NCBI RefSeq assembly: GCF_016432865.1
Contig: NC_067399.1
Location: forward strand, 246,264,001-246,328,000
From: Antechinus flavipes
Taxonomy: Eukaryota
Reading direction: 5' to 3'
DNA: 64,000 bases
The position numbers and the translations under genes were made by a program. The notes below the pieces were generated by a model. That model had not been told where the DNA came from, made no database searches, and was given only the letters and a program-made list of their open reading frames with translations. Position 1 is the first letter of the stretch. Each line of letters opens with the position of its first letter. Positions 26,367 through 39,600 of this stretch are shown one piece after another.

Positions 26367-27763
26367 TGATAACTCAGCATTTCAAAGACGACTTCTTCAA
26401 AATTAAAGATATTGGGTTTTTTTTCCCCCCTACTGTTTTGATTTTCCTTCCTCACTTTTCTCTCTCCTTTCCTTCCCCCCCTCCCAAAAAAAGGATAGAA
26501 GGCCTTAACAAGATTAAGAACAGTTAAGATATAGGATCATGGATTTAGATTTAATAGAGACCTTAAAGAAAGTTTAACATCGGCTTTTCAGAAGATTCCA
26601 AGGACCTTTGTTTGTAAACTTATGTGCCTAACTTTTCACATATACAAAATTGTAGAACTGGATAAAAAGCTTCTAAAGACCCTTTCCCTCCAAATCTAAC
26701 ATCTTGCTTAGCTTCTACTGTTACATTTTAAAGACCTTTTTAATGTTTACAATATTCATGCCTCAATGGTTAGAGCAAAGTCAAAATGGTAAACAAAGAA
26801 TTCATTTCAGGATGGGTTCAGAATAATCCTTAAAAAAGTAGCATGCTCTTTGACAACAAATAACAGCCTAATTAAATTTGATTATTTTGCTCTGTGGAAA
26901 AGGTTAAATGAAAATATTTTCATCTAAGTGAAATTATTTCCAAAATTAATTATGTAATTTATAATTGTATTTGAAAGCTAAGGAAAAGGGGGTTATTAGG
27001 AGTTAGACCATACTCAAGGGTAGTAATTTGTTTCCAAAGACCTTATTTTACCTATTACAAAATGCTGGTTTTTTCTCAGAAGGACAACTTGTGAAGAACT
27101 ATGGGTATTAGATCCAAATTGTGAGTAGTGTTTTAAAATTATGAAGAACTAAGTAATGGGATGTTGTTTTTATATATTTCAATAATGAAAAGTTTCAGTT
27201 CCTTTTAAGTGCTTGTGTAAACTTTTAAGAGTGACGTAAGATGGTCATTATCACTGCTTCTCAAACTAATTTGGTGAAAGAATAGGGAGTTAAAGTGTAT
27301 GATAGACAGTTGAGTGATGTAGTAGTATTGGATTGTAGTGTGAAAGACCTAAATTCAAATCCTTTATGAGATACTTATAGCTGTGTGATCCTCTGCAAGC
27401 TCTATAATTCTTTTTGGCCTCAGTTTCCTTATTTGTAAAGGAATAATAATAATAGCATTGATTTCCCAGAGTTCTGATAGGGACCATGAAATAACATATT
27501 AAAGCAGTTTGTAAACCTTAAAGTATTATATAACTATCAGTTATTATGACTACTCTGATACTTGAATTGACAGAACACACACATACACATGCTGATTTGA
27601 GTGATCACTGACACTGATCATAAAGCAGGGATTCAGGGTAATTTTGGAAGCTATTGGACTTTTTTTCTATACTGAATATTTGTGATTTTGATACAAACTG
27701 AGATAACATTAATAGTGATTCAAGGAAGAAGACATAATCCTTGGGTACCTCAAGCTTATAGGT

Positions 27764-27919
27764 CAAAGGTGGGGAAACCTTTTTTTTCTGCCAAGGGCCA
27801 TTGGATATTTATAACATCATTTATGGGCAGTGGGGGGTTGTTATACTTAGCTTTCAGCTCTTCATCTCCTATGGTTGCCTTAGCAAATGAATTTTCAACA
27901 TAGATATTCCCCATTTCTG
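27764..27919. mobile_element. hAT-Charlie-like MITE, 156 bp, perfect 8-bp TSD
   Basis: Left TIR caaaggtggggaa, right TIR ttccccatttctg. TSD ttataggt at 27756-27763 and 27920-27927. Confidence 0.88.
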
Positions 27920-28620
27920 TTATAGGTTATATACAAAAACAAGCTTAGATCATACTGGAGAATAAGAGCTTAATTTTAAACATTCATGTTGTTTCCATGA
28001 ACTTTCATGTCCTACTTCTCCTATACCAGTCTATTAACCTCCATCCTTTGCCTCTTATTCCTGACACCACATCAAGACAGAAATTGCCTGCCCCTTACTT
28101 TATTTGCATCTCAGCCCTCACTCTGTGCCTTGCTTGCCTTGCCTTGCCTTGCCTCTCCTCTTCTTTCCATTTGTCAGTTTCAAGAAAGGGACCCTTCCTT
28201 CTTCTATTTGTTTCCAGACAATTATTGCTGTTCCTCTGAAAAAGCTGTGATTCTCTACAGTATAGTTTAGGAAACACTGGGGGAATGTTCTCTATATATA
28301 GTGGAAAACTGACCAGAAATGGAGTTTAAAAATCTGGGTTCATATCCCAGCTGTGATTTTTTAAATGTATGACATTGGCTAAATCATTTTATCCCTTTGG
28401 GGCTGTTTCTTCATCTCTAAAATGAAGGGGTTATAAGATTCATTTGGGTCAGCTAGGTGAATAGAGAGCATTGGGCTTGTAGTCAGAAAAACCACAGCTC
28501 ATATCTGATCTCAAATGCTTACTAGATGTGTCTAGGCTAGTCACTTGATCCCTGTTTGTATTAAACTATGAAAGGAAGTAGCAAAACATTCTAAAATAGC
28601 AGCCAAGAAAACATCATGGA

Positions 28621-31600
28621 ATATTTCAGTACCAAGATGGCAAAGGAAGGAAGGATCCCTCTGAAGCCCTATCAAATTCCCCTCTGAACAACTAGAAACC
28701 CATCTCAGAATTGATTTTGGAGCAGGGAAGCAGCTTACCAGCCCTGCAGGAAAGGTCATTCTCACTGGAGTGGGAGGAAAATGATACAGACTCACCATGG
28801 GAAGGCTTTGGGACAGTCCACTAGTGAGGGTCCTCCTCCTATAAGCCAGCAGTACGCAGGTAAGTGAAGAGTCTGTGTAGCACAAGACCCCACTCTCAGC
28901 ACAAGCCATCAGGGAGATCTTGATCCACTACTGCCCCCACTCCAAGTCTGGCCAACAATGAAACCTCTCCCATGGGCAGATCAGCAACAAAATTCCTCCT
29001 TCAGGGCTAGAAAGACTCTGATACCACATCAACTCCACAACAAGGCCCTAACCTTGGAGTAGACCAAAAGCTAAACCCCAACACCTAGGGAAGGCCAATG
29101 GAGAAACCCCACCCTCAGTATGCAAGCCAGAAGGGAACCCTCCAGAAGAAGCAAGCAGTTAAGCCAGACATCCGTTGTAAGCCAGAAGTAAGAATCAGAA
29201 TCTCAGCACAAAAAAGCTTCTTCACCAAAAAAAAAAAAAAAAAGACAGAAAAAATGAGCAGAGTGTGGGAGAGCTTGAGAGTAGAAAATTAGTATGGTAA
29301 TAATCAGGGAAGAAGGAGGCATAAACTTAGAAGACAACAATAGTGTCAAAATGGCTATTTATGAAGTCTCAAAGAAAAATATAATTTGGTCTCAATCCCA
29401 AAAAGAATTCTTGGAAGAGCTTAAAAAGGATTTTAAAAAGCAAATTAGAGCATTAGAAGAAAAACTGGGAAAACAAATGAGTAATGCAAGAGAGTCGTAG
29501 AGAGGAAAGAGTCAATAATATGGGAGGGAAAACACAAAAATTTAATGAAGAAAATAACTCCCTAAAAAATAAAATTGCCTAATTGGAAAAGGAAGTACAA
29601 AAGCAAAAAGAAGAAAATAAATTAAGCAAGAAGAAGCTAATGACTGTGAGATATCAAAATACAATAAAACAAAAACAAAAAAGTAAAAGAAAAACAGAAG
29701 AAAATGTGAAATTTCTCACTGGAAAAACAAATGACCTAGAAAATTTATCCAGGAAAGATAATATAAAAATTATTGGATTATCTGAGAGCCATGATTTAAA
29801 AAAAAAATAAAAAAGCCTGCACAACATCTTTCAAGAAATTATTAAAGCAAACTGCCCCAATTATTTTAGAACCGGGAGGCACAATAGAAATTGAAAGAAT
29901 AACCTTCTGAAAGAGATCCCAAAATGAAAGTTCACAAGAACATCATAGTCAAATTCCAGAGCTCACAGATCTTGGAGAAAGTATTGCAAGCAACCAAAAA
30001 GAAACAATTCAAACAAATATTGAGGAACTACAGTCAGGAGTTCACAAGTTTGTCAGTTTCCACATTAAAGAAAGAGAGGACTCGGAAGATGTTATATCAG
30101 AAGGCAAAGGAGTTAGGATTACAACTAAGAATTATTTACCCAAGAAAATTGAATATATCTTTTGGGAGGAGGGGGACAGGGAAAAAGTGGACAGAGAGGG
30201 AGGGAGAGGGATATTTAATGAAATAGCAGACTTTCAAGCATTTCTAATAAAAAGAAGAGAACTAAAAAAAATTTTGATCTCCAAATACAAGAGTCGGTGG
30301 AAATATAAAAAGGTAAAAAAGAAACAAGAGAAAACATAAGAAACTCAATAAGGTTAAAATGTTTATATTTCTATATGGAAAGACAATATTTGTAACTCTT
30401 ACAATTTTATTATTATAAGAGCAATTAGAGTATATGTAGACAGAAGATTTGGATATAAGGTATCTTTGATGGGATGATACTACCCCCAAAAAACAAAGGG
30501 GTGAGAAAGAAAATTGTACTGGAAGGAGGATTGAATGGGGTAAATTATCCCACACAAATGTATTATAATGGAGGGGAAATGACATGAATCCAAATTGGAA
30601 TAACATACAGACTCAATTAAATATAGAAAGCTGTCTTACCCTATAAGGAAGTTAAAAGGGATAGGGATACTAGAACAGGGAGAAATAGCTAATAAAAAAG
30701 AGGGCATATTGGAAAAAGGCAGTGATTAGATCACTAAAATGCTTCTTCAGAGGGATGGGGGGAGCAGAGATAAGCAAAAATTAGCATGAAGGAAAACAAA
30801 TAGTTCATGTAAATATAAATGGAAATGGAATGAACTCACACATAAAATGAAAGCAGATAAGAGAATGAATTAAAAACCAGAATCTTATTATGTGTTCTTT
30901 AATAAATACATTTGAAGCAGAGAGATACATATAGGGTAAAGATAAGTGGCTGCAACAGAATCTATTATGCTTTAGCTGAAACAAAGAAAGAATAGGTAGC
31001 AATCATGGTTTCGGACAAAACAAAAGCAAAAATAAAACTAATTAAAAGGGATAAAGAAGGAAACTATATCTTTCTCAAAGTTATTATAGACAATGAAGTT
31101 ATATCAGTACTAAATATATATATATCAAATCATATAGCATTTAAATTTTTGAAGAATTGAATGATTACAGTAGGAAATAGGTAATTAAAAAAATATACTA
31201 GTGGGGGATGTCAACTTTCTCCTCTCAGAACAAGATAAATATAAACAAGAAAGAAGTTAAGGAGATGAATAAAATTCTAGAAATTCTTAAATGTGATAGA
31301 ACTCTGGAAAAAATTGAATGGGAATAAAAAGAAAAAAATAAAACTTTTTTCTAGCAATACATGACACTATGTATCAGGACATAAAAATCTCCCAACCAAA
31401 TGTATAAAAGCAGAAATAGTAAACACATCTTTTCAGATTATATTAGGATAATGGACAATAGAAATTAAAATTAATTGGAGATTAAATAATCTATTGATAA
31501 GAAAACGAATGGATCAAAGAACAAAATCATAGGAAAAAAACAATAATTTCAGTAAAGAAAATGGCAACTTATCAAAATTTATAGGATGGGACCAAAATGG

Positions 31601-32918
31601 TACTTGGGAAATTTATATCTAATTGCTTACATTAGTAAAATAGAGAACAGCAATTGATGAATTGAGCATACAACTAAAAAAAAAATAGAAAAAAGAACAA
31701 ATAATGCCCAATTAACACCAGATTGGAAATCTTGAAAAGTCAGAGATTAATAAAATTGAAAGTAAGAAAACCATTGAACTAATAATAAATAAAACTGGAA
31801 ACTAGTTTTATGGGGGGAAAAAACCCAATAAAATAGATAAGGAACAAAGGAAACTAAATCATTGGTATCAAAAATGAAAGGGGTGAATTCACCACCAGTG
31901 AAGAGGAAATTAAGATAATTGTTAAGAGCTATTTGACCCCATCATTATGCCAATAAATTTGATGAATATTTACACAAATATATATTGCCCAGAAGAAATA
32001 GAATAAGTAAATAATCCATCTATCAGAGTGGCTGTCATTTAAAAAAAAAAAGAAAAGAAAATATTAAAATGGAGGGGATATGGTAAAACTAGTGCCCTTT
32101 TTGATGGGAGCTATGAACTGATCCAACTATTCTTGAGAGCAATTTGGAACTATGTCCAAAGTGCTAAAAATCCTTTGATCAATACTTTTCTTATTCTATA
32201 TTCCATATTGCAAAGAAAGAGAAAAGGCCCTATTTATACAAAAATATTTGTAGTAGCTCTTTGTGGTAGCTAAGAATTGAAAATTGAAGGGAGGCCCATC
32301 AATTGGAATGGCTATACAAACTTTGATATATGATTGCAATGGAATATTATTGTGCTATGAGAAATGATAATCAGGATAATTTCAGAAAACCTAGAAAAGC
32401 TTATATGAACTGATATATAGTAAAGTGAACAAGACTAGGAGAACATTATACATGATAGCAGTATTGTCTGATGAAGAACTGAGAATAACTTAGATATTTT
32501 CAGAAATGCAATAATAATCCAAGACAATCCCAAAGGATTAACACCTTCAGAGAAAGAACTGATATTAGAGATAGCTAGGTGGTGCAGTGGATAGAGTAGC
32601 AGCTCTGAAGTCAGAAGAGCCTGAGTTCAAATCTGGCCTCAGACACTTAATACTTCTTAGCTGTGTAACCCTGGGCAAGTCACTTAACCTCAATTGCCTC
32701 AGCAAAACAAAACAAATCAAAATCTGATATTGAATGAGGGTAGATAGAATTTTTTTTCTTTTCTTTTTTTTTTCTTTTATTAGAATGTTATACAAAATGA
32801 TTAACATGGAAATGTTTTACATAATTGTACACATATAACCTATATCTGCTTATCATCTCAGGGAAGGGGAAGAAAAAGGGACAGGATTTGTAACTCAAAA
32901 CTTTAAAATTTAAAAAAA
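28621..32918 (+). mobile_element. Degenerate L1 with 5'UTR, ORF1, endonuclease region and 3' end, but the RT core is deleted
   Basis: 5' start accaagatggc. ORF1 remnants WSQSQKEFLEELKKDFKKQIRALEEK, DLENLSRKDNIKIIGL, KNIIVKFQSSQ (about 29255-30330). ORF2 endonuclease/linker from about 30800, then an abrupt jump at about 32017-32022 to the ORF2 C-terminus; 3'UTR to about 32918. Confidence 0.88.
32567..32723 (+). mobile_element. WSINE1 core-SINE nested in the L1 3'UTR
   Basis: atagctaggtggtgcagtggatagag...gacacttaatacttcttagctgtgtaaccctgggcaagtcacttaacc plus A-rich tail. ctgatatt is duplicated at 32559-32566 and 32724-32731. Confidence 0.88.
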
Positions 32919-33769
32919 TATACACAGTTGCTCTACAGGGCCATGAAGTCACTCAGCCACTCAGCAACAACTAATTGAAAGATTCATTCATGTAGTGCAA
33001 ATATTCAGTGATTTCATGGACATTTGCTCCCTGAATTTAATAGTGAGATTAATTGGGCTCCATTTCCCCAGGTTTTCTACTCTTCTGCTGGAACTTTCTG
33101 GCAGATTTGGGCATCTAGATCAAAGTGGAAAAAAAAAAAAAAAGAACAAGAACAAGGAAATAGTGTTTAAGAATCCAGGAAGTTTGGAAAGAAGAGAATT
33201 AGAGCCTTACTTTTCCTTGTTTCAGCTACTTAATCCAAATAGCCCCTTGTAAAGCATTCTCGTTATCCAAATAGAATTTGAGCATAATCGCCATCAGCAG
33301 ATTAGAATTACTGATTTTAATAACCAAATCCTTTATTTTACTCATAATAAAGCTGTAGGGAAAAGAGGAAGGCCAGAAACATGATTGTCCACTGCTGAAT
33401 ACTGTTCTTTAAAAGCCATTATATAATGTGCATCTTAATAATTTTTCACTTTTGAGAAATCCAGCTATTTTGAAAGCCAAATTTTTAAGTAGCCATTATT
33501 TTTAAGGCACTGTTTTTAGTGATGGGGCTACAAAAACTCATACCCCGTGGCTATACATATAAAAGCATAAAATAGTTTGAGGAGGAAAGAGCATTAATTT
33601 TGGGGGGAAATTTAGGAAGACATCCCTGAGGAATTAAGGATGGTGAGGATTTCAGGGCAGAGGAGTCTATTCTAGGTTTGAAGAAGACCTTGTATAAAAG
33701 CAAAGAGCAGAAGGGACAAGTCCAAAGAGAGATCATGTCAGTAGGAGAATCAAGGGAGAGCAATAGAAT

Positions 33770-34200
33770 AAAATTTGGAAATAGGAAGGGACTTCAGTGA
33801 CCATCTACCCAACTCATATACAAAGGAATCCCCCATTATAATATACCCAATAAGTGGTCCTCTGTGCTTTGGTGGAGAATTTCTAAACTTTCAAGTCTTG
33901 AACCCTGATTTCTCTCACTATGTTAGCTTTCTCTCCAAGTATTGCATCTTAACATCAGCTATTTTGATAAGATTATACCATCTACCCTTTTGTCCACTAA
34001 TGGATAAAAATGCCAATACAGGACCAAGCACAGAGGTCCCTGGAGTACTCCTAGAGACCCTTCAGCCCCCCCCACCATATTGATATTGGACCCAAGGAAC
34101 AAATATCCCTTGAATCCTGAATCCATCTGATTGCATTCCATTACCTATCTATCCATCCTTCCTATCAAAGTAGCTTTAATTGGGATCATCTGCTATATAG
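33770..34200 (-). mobile_element. CR1/L3 LINE fragment
   Basis: aggaccaagcacagaggtccctggagtactcctagagacc is the typical reverse CR1/L3 RT motif. Confidence 0.6.
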
Positions 34201-37200
34201 ATATGAGTATTCAAAGAGCTGAAGACAGAAAAAGATAACCTGATTGAGCAATGGAAGGGTCATTAGTAATCTTGGAGAGAGCTGTTTCAATCTAGATCAC
34301 TATAAAAATAAAGAAAATCATAACTTTAAAAGAAAAGTGAAGTGGGAAGAAGGATGTTTCATTTCAAGGGATCATTTAAGAAAGTATATCCCTGGTGAAT
34401 TAGAGAAAATGTAACGTACTACTTAATGCTGGGGTCTCAAAGAAAAGAGTCATTGAAAACTCACAAATGAAAGGAAGGTTAGAAATCATGTAGGCCAGTG
34501 GAGTCCTACTCTTTTACAGATAAAGCTGTGGCCCAGAGACAATAAGTAACTTGTATTACCTAGGTTTGCTGAACCCCAGTCCAGTATTCTTTCAGTTGTT
34601 TTAGGCTTCCTATCAGATTTCATAGAAGGTGTTCACCATTTGAGAAATTCATGAATGAGAGGCAGTGGGACATGGTGCATAGAGTGCCAGCCTTAGAATT
34701 AGGAATCCTTGGATTTAAGTCTTCTCTGACATATACTATCTAGGTAACCTAGAGTCTACCATTTTTCTCAGTGCCTCAGACAACGGTCTAAGATTATAAA
34801 AGGGAGTTTCCTCATTGAGAGTTCCTTTATGCCACTGAAATCATAGATCTGTCCAGTCTTACCCAAAATAGAAGAAATACTTGAAAGACATCTTTAAAAG
34901 AAGTAGATATTCTCTCTACCTATAAAGATATATATGTATTCTTTTAAAAGTACAATGCTATATGTTAATTTATGCTATATAAAATATAATATAGAATTCT
35001 ACTTGATATTTATAGTATGGCCCCGATTAATAAAAGGAATGTTGCAGTACAAGAGAAAGAAATGTCTGGAGCATTGTTTGCTTCCCGTTTCTGAAAGCCC
35101 CCAAGATAAAGGAGTAGAGAGTATATGTGTATCTGTTTCTCAAATTTATCTTCTTTCCTAATTCTCTCTCCCTCTCCCAACCCATCCCTACTCTCAGGAT
35201 AATGGTGTTAACTGCTTGTCCAGCTGGCCAGGGGAACCAGACTTTGGGAATTCTATAAATCAGTGATGTGCTCTGGGGAAGCCAGGCTTCCTCGCTGTCA
35301 GGAAGCCACCAGAAACACTGTAAGGACTTCTTCTCAACTTTCAGGAACTTGATATTAAAGGGAACTTAATTAATGCTTCAACAAAATTCAAGACCCATAA
35401 TATCATATTACTTTGAACTCTAGAGTGCCTTTCATTGAAGGATTGTAAATCAGTTTTTGGCATTGGAGGGAGGGGGAAAAGAATAAGTGAGCATTATTTG
35501 ATTTTGTTTGTTTTTCCAAATGTTCCACATCACAAAATCAGGCAAAAAGAATTTTGTTACCCTGTGAACCAGTTTTAAAATGTACCCCTAGGTGAAATGC
35601 TGATTCCTGATCTTGGTCTCTTGGGCCCATAATGTTTGGTGCCTGTAGTGGTGGTGATTTTGGTGCCTATCCATTCACATTCTGCCACACAGTTTTATGA
35701 AATGAAATTCTAAAACATGGCTTCTGATTTACAAAGTACTACATTGTCTCACTTAATCTCAGGTAGGGATTATAGTTATCCCCATTTTATTGATAAAGGG
35801 TCAGACTTGGAAAGCCTAGGTGATTGCCCATATCTTAAAGCCACCAAAGCATCAAACTGGTATCCTAGTCCAAGACTTTTGATTCCATCCAAATCTGTTG
35901 TTCTTTCTACTATTTTACAGCAACCTATATTTTTGGAACTCAGGAAAATGAGCATAATCAAGTCGATATAAGGAGGGAGTGTTTGAGTTTATTTGCTTTT
36001 TCCCCAAAGTCAAATTTTAAAAATTTAAAGCAAATAAAACTTGATAATCATTGTTGAATTGCTAAATGCCTTTTCTGTTTAGCTCTTATGGACCCCTATA
36101 AAAGATATGCTTCCCTTCTATGCCTCAAAATAAAAAAAGTCTTTTGAGAGGCATTTTGATATCCTGGATTAAGAACTGGTCAGGCAGATTTGGGATTAGC
36201 CCCTTTAAGCAAGTCATTTCTCCTTTCATTGCTCTCTCCCTTCCCCCCAAACTTTCTTAAGATTTTTAAGTTCCAAAGATGATATAGCCCAACTTTGGAA
36301 GAAGAAGCAGTTTCTTCACCTAGCAGTGCCCTATATTAATGAAATCACAGTACCTGTTCCTATTTCTGTCCACTACTTTTCAAAACATAATGTGAGGAAA
36401 TATTTTTGTTATGGTCAGATTTTTTTAAATTGTGACAAGCTATTAGAGATGTTTATGACATTGCTTCTCAAGTGTAAGAGATTATCCCTTCTACCACCAC
36501 CCTTGCCCCATTCATAATACAAACCATGTCAGCCAACAGATATAATAGGTAAAGTAGTAAAATTGTAGATCTATTGAGAATGCTCACATTTCTTGTAATA
36601 TACCAAGTTTAACATTTTTTTGATACCATCTCTGAATTATGATTTCTCCAAAGCAGCCAGTGTTCTGTTACTTGCCGTTCAGTTTTACATTTTAGTTGTA
36701 CATGCATTTCCCAAAGGAGGAAATTCAGAATATGAGAAAGAGAACAACTATACTTTATTCTGTGATCTCAAGAGTTAAAAAATTATTGGAGAATTTGTCT
36801 TTTTTTTTTTAAGCCTATTGTTGAATTGTGTTTTAAAATTAAATTCAAAGAATTCAAGGTGAGCATAAGGCTGTCTTATTTGATTTTTTAAAATTATATA
36901 ATTAATATAAAGCATTCCCAAGCATAGCCTGAGGAAGAAAGCAGCAGTTCTTTCTTTCAGAATCATGACTTTGGCCAGTTAGTGTAATTAGAGTGTTATT
37001 TGCAGCTTATAATTCATCCTCTTGAGACTTTGCTGACTCCGCGTATTTGGCTACTTAGTTGATCTGGAGTGGCCAGTCTTGGACACTGGCCTTTTACAAA
37101 AAGTGCCAGAGATCTGAGTGTGTTTTAGATGACCAGGAATTCATTTATCGGGGATGGGGTGGGGGGGTGGGGGGGTGGGAGGGGAATGCTGATAGTGAAA

Positions 37201-38273
37201 GGAGAATTTGGGAAGTTTTATCTTTTTCCCCAGCCACATTCTTTTTTCTTTATCTTTCCATAGATAGAATTTTCTTTAAAAGTCTGATAGAGACAGTAGG
37301 CAATAAAAGGTTTTAATAAACTTAACTGCATCACTGTCAGAGAAGAGTAATCCACACTGGTCCTTAAAAAGCTTATTTGATTTGACTTTGATCAGAAAAA
37401 AGTCAATTAATTGTGTGTTTGTTTTTAAAAGTATCCATTCTGTTCTCCAGCAGTGTTATTCAAACTCTGTAATACATAGCCAAGAATTCCAAAAAGGTAA
37501 CATAATAGAATTCCTGAAGTACATGCCCCTTTAATTTTGAGCCCTTCATTCAAATCTGTTTACTTCTAATTTGCACATAGTTCAAATAATTATGGTTATG
37601 TAATTTCTTACCCACTAGCAAATTTGAAAATGAAGTAGGCACTGAAAGTAAAAAGTGACAAGTCTCATATTGAAAAAAACAGGAAAAAAATAAACCCTTA
37701 AATTGTAGCTGTCTGGGGCCATTTAAGTAAGCAAAACAATATGTATATATCTGGTATGAAGTGTCACATAAGACAGCTGATTTGATATGGACCCAAAGGA
37801 CAAAAAGATAGATATATAAAACAGAGAATTTATATTTGATCATAGAGACAATAGGGAGCCATTACAGTTTGAGTGGAAATTTGAAGAACAAAGTCAAACC
37901 TGCACTTGAGGAAAATCCAGGTGGTCCTAGGTGGAGATTGGACTGAAATGAGATGATACTTTGGAGGCAAAGAAACCATTAGAAAACCACTCCGATAGGT
38001 CAAGAGTGATGAGTAGTTAGGATGTATATAGAAAGGAGAGGATAGTTCAAAGATACAAAGTACAATTTGAAAATGAGTCAGTATGTACTGACTTTGAGGG
38101 GTAGTATGAGGGATAGCTCAGAGGTAGGAATCACGAAAATATGAGTAAGGGAAAAGAAAGGAGACTGATCAAACAAAAATGAGAACCAAAAAATTGTAAA
38201 ACTAAAAAGCAAAATTGGATAAAGAGTGGGTCCAAATTTTTGACAACCTTACAAAAGCTAGGCATAGTTGTTT

Positions 38274-38629
38274 TTAAATAATAACTTTTTATTTTCAAAA
38301 TATGTGCAAATTTTCAACATTCACCCTTGCAAAACCAAGTGTTCGAAATTTTTCTCCCTCCCTTCTCCCCACGTCCTCCCCTAGACAGCAGACAATCCAA
38401 TATATATTAAACATGTGCAATTCTTCTATACATATTTCCACAAGTGTCATGCTGCATAAGAAAAATCAGATTAAAAAGGGAAAAAAATGAAAGAAAAAAA
38501 ACCTAGCAAAAAAGGTGAAAACATTATGTTGTGAGCCATATTTAGTCCCTACAGTCCTCTCTCTGGATATAGATGGCTCTCTATCACAATCATTTAGAAT
38601 TGTCCTGAATCACCTCCTTGTTGAAAAGA
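38274..38629 (-). mobile_element. 5'-truncated L1 (3'UTR) with 15-bp TSD
   Basis: TSD taggcatagttgttt at 38259-38273 and 38630-38644; reverse marsupial L1 3'UTR between them. Confidence 0.9.
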
Positions 38630-39387
38630 TAGGCATAGTTGTTTAGATTTCATGTAATGGGGAGCCATTTCCAGGTTCTTGAATCCGAAAGGAAGTGATA
38701 TTTTAGGAAGATTAATCTTAGATGGGTGGGAAGAATCAGTCAAAAGTAATTGTAGAAATCCAGATACAATCTAGATACAAAGAGAGAAGCACCTGGATTA
38801 AGATGGTGGTAAGGAAAATGTAAAGAAAAGTAGTAATGTGAGAGCTATTTTAGTAGTGTATTGTATCACCTACTTTATATTTTTGGTCATTGGACAAGTT
38901 TTTGTTACTTGCTTAGTTTCCTTTGATTATTTTATTTGATCAAATCTTAATTTCTTATAAACTTACTTTGGTTTTTGAAAATAGACATATTCTGAGTTAC
39001 TTTTGTTTCTTTGAAAGAAAGTCTACAGGCACTCTATAACAAAATCTTACTTAATAATTTTTATTTAACTAAAAGCTATATAGCAAAGATATCAGTTGGA
39101 TAAGGATTGTCCCAGAATCATCACTCTACTGAAGTTAATAGTAGCTGATATTCATGCAAAATTTATAAAATGCTTTGCACACATATTGGCATTTCACCTA
39201 CAAAACAAACTTGTAAGTATTTACAGGCATTCTCATTTTACAGATGAGAGTGTAGTTAGGGTGAAGAAACTGAAGCTCGTCAAAGTTATATTTTACTTCT
39301 CACTCAGACAGCTAGTATATTGAACTTGAGACTTGAACCCATGCCTCCTCTCACACCACATCCAGTTCTTTTTCCTACAGCATGCTG

Positions 39388-39600
39388 AGTAGTACAGTGG
39401 ATAGAGGACCAAGTCTAGAATGTGACCTCAAACACTTACTAGTTCTGTGACCCTAGACAAGTCATTTAATCCTCTTTACCTTATTTTCTTGATCTGGAAA
39501 AGGAAATGGCAAACCACTCCAGTATCTTTGCAAAAAAAAGTCCCAGATGAGATCATGAAAAATCAAACAGTACTGAAATGACTGAACAACAACAACAATA
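39388..39600 (+). mobile_element. Mar1-type core-SINE
   Basis: Core plus tail ggaaaaggaaatggcaaaccactccagtatctttgc...actgaaatgactgaacaacaacaac. Confidence 0.8.

Noticed and set aside
29098-30606. Cluster of Lys/Glu-rich ORFs
   Set aside because: These are frameshifted remnants of L1 ORF1 and their antisense, not a host coiled-coil gene.
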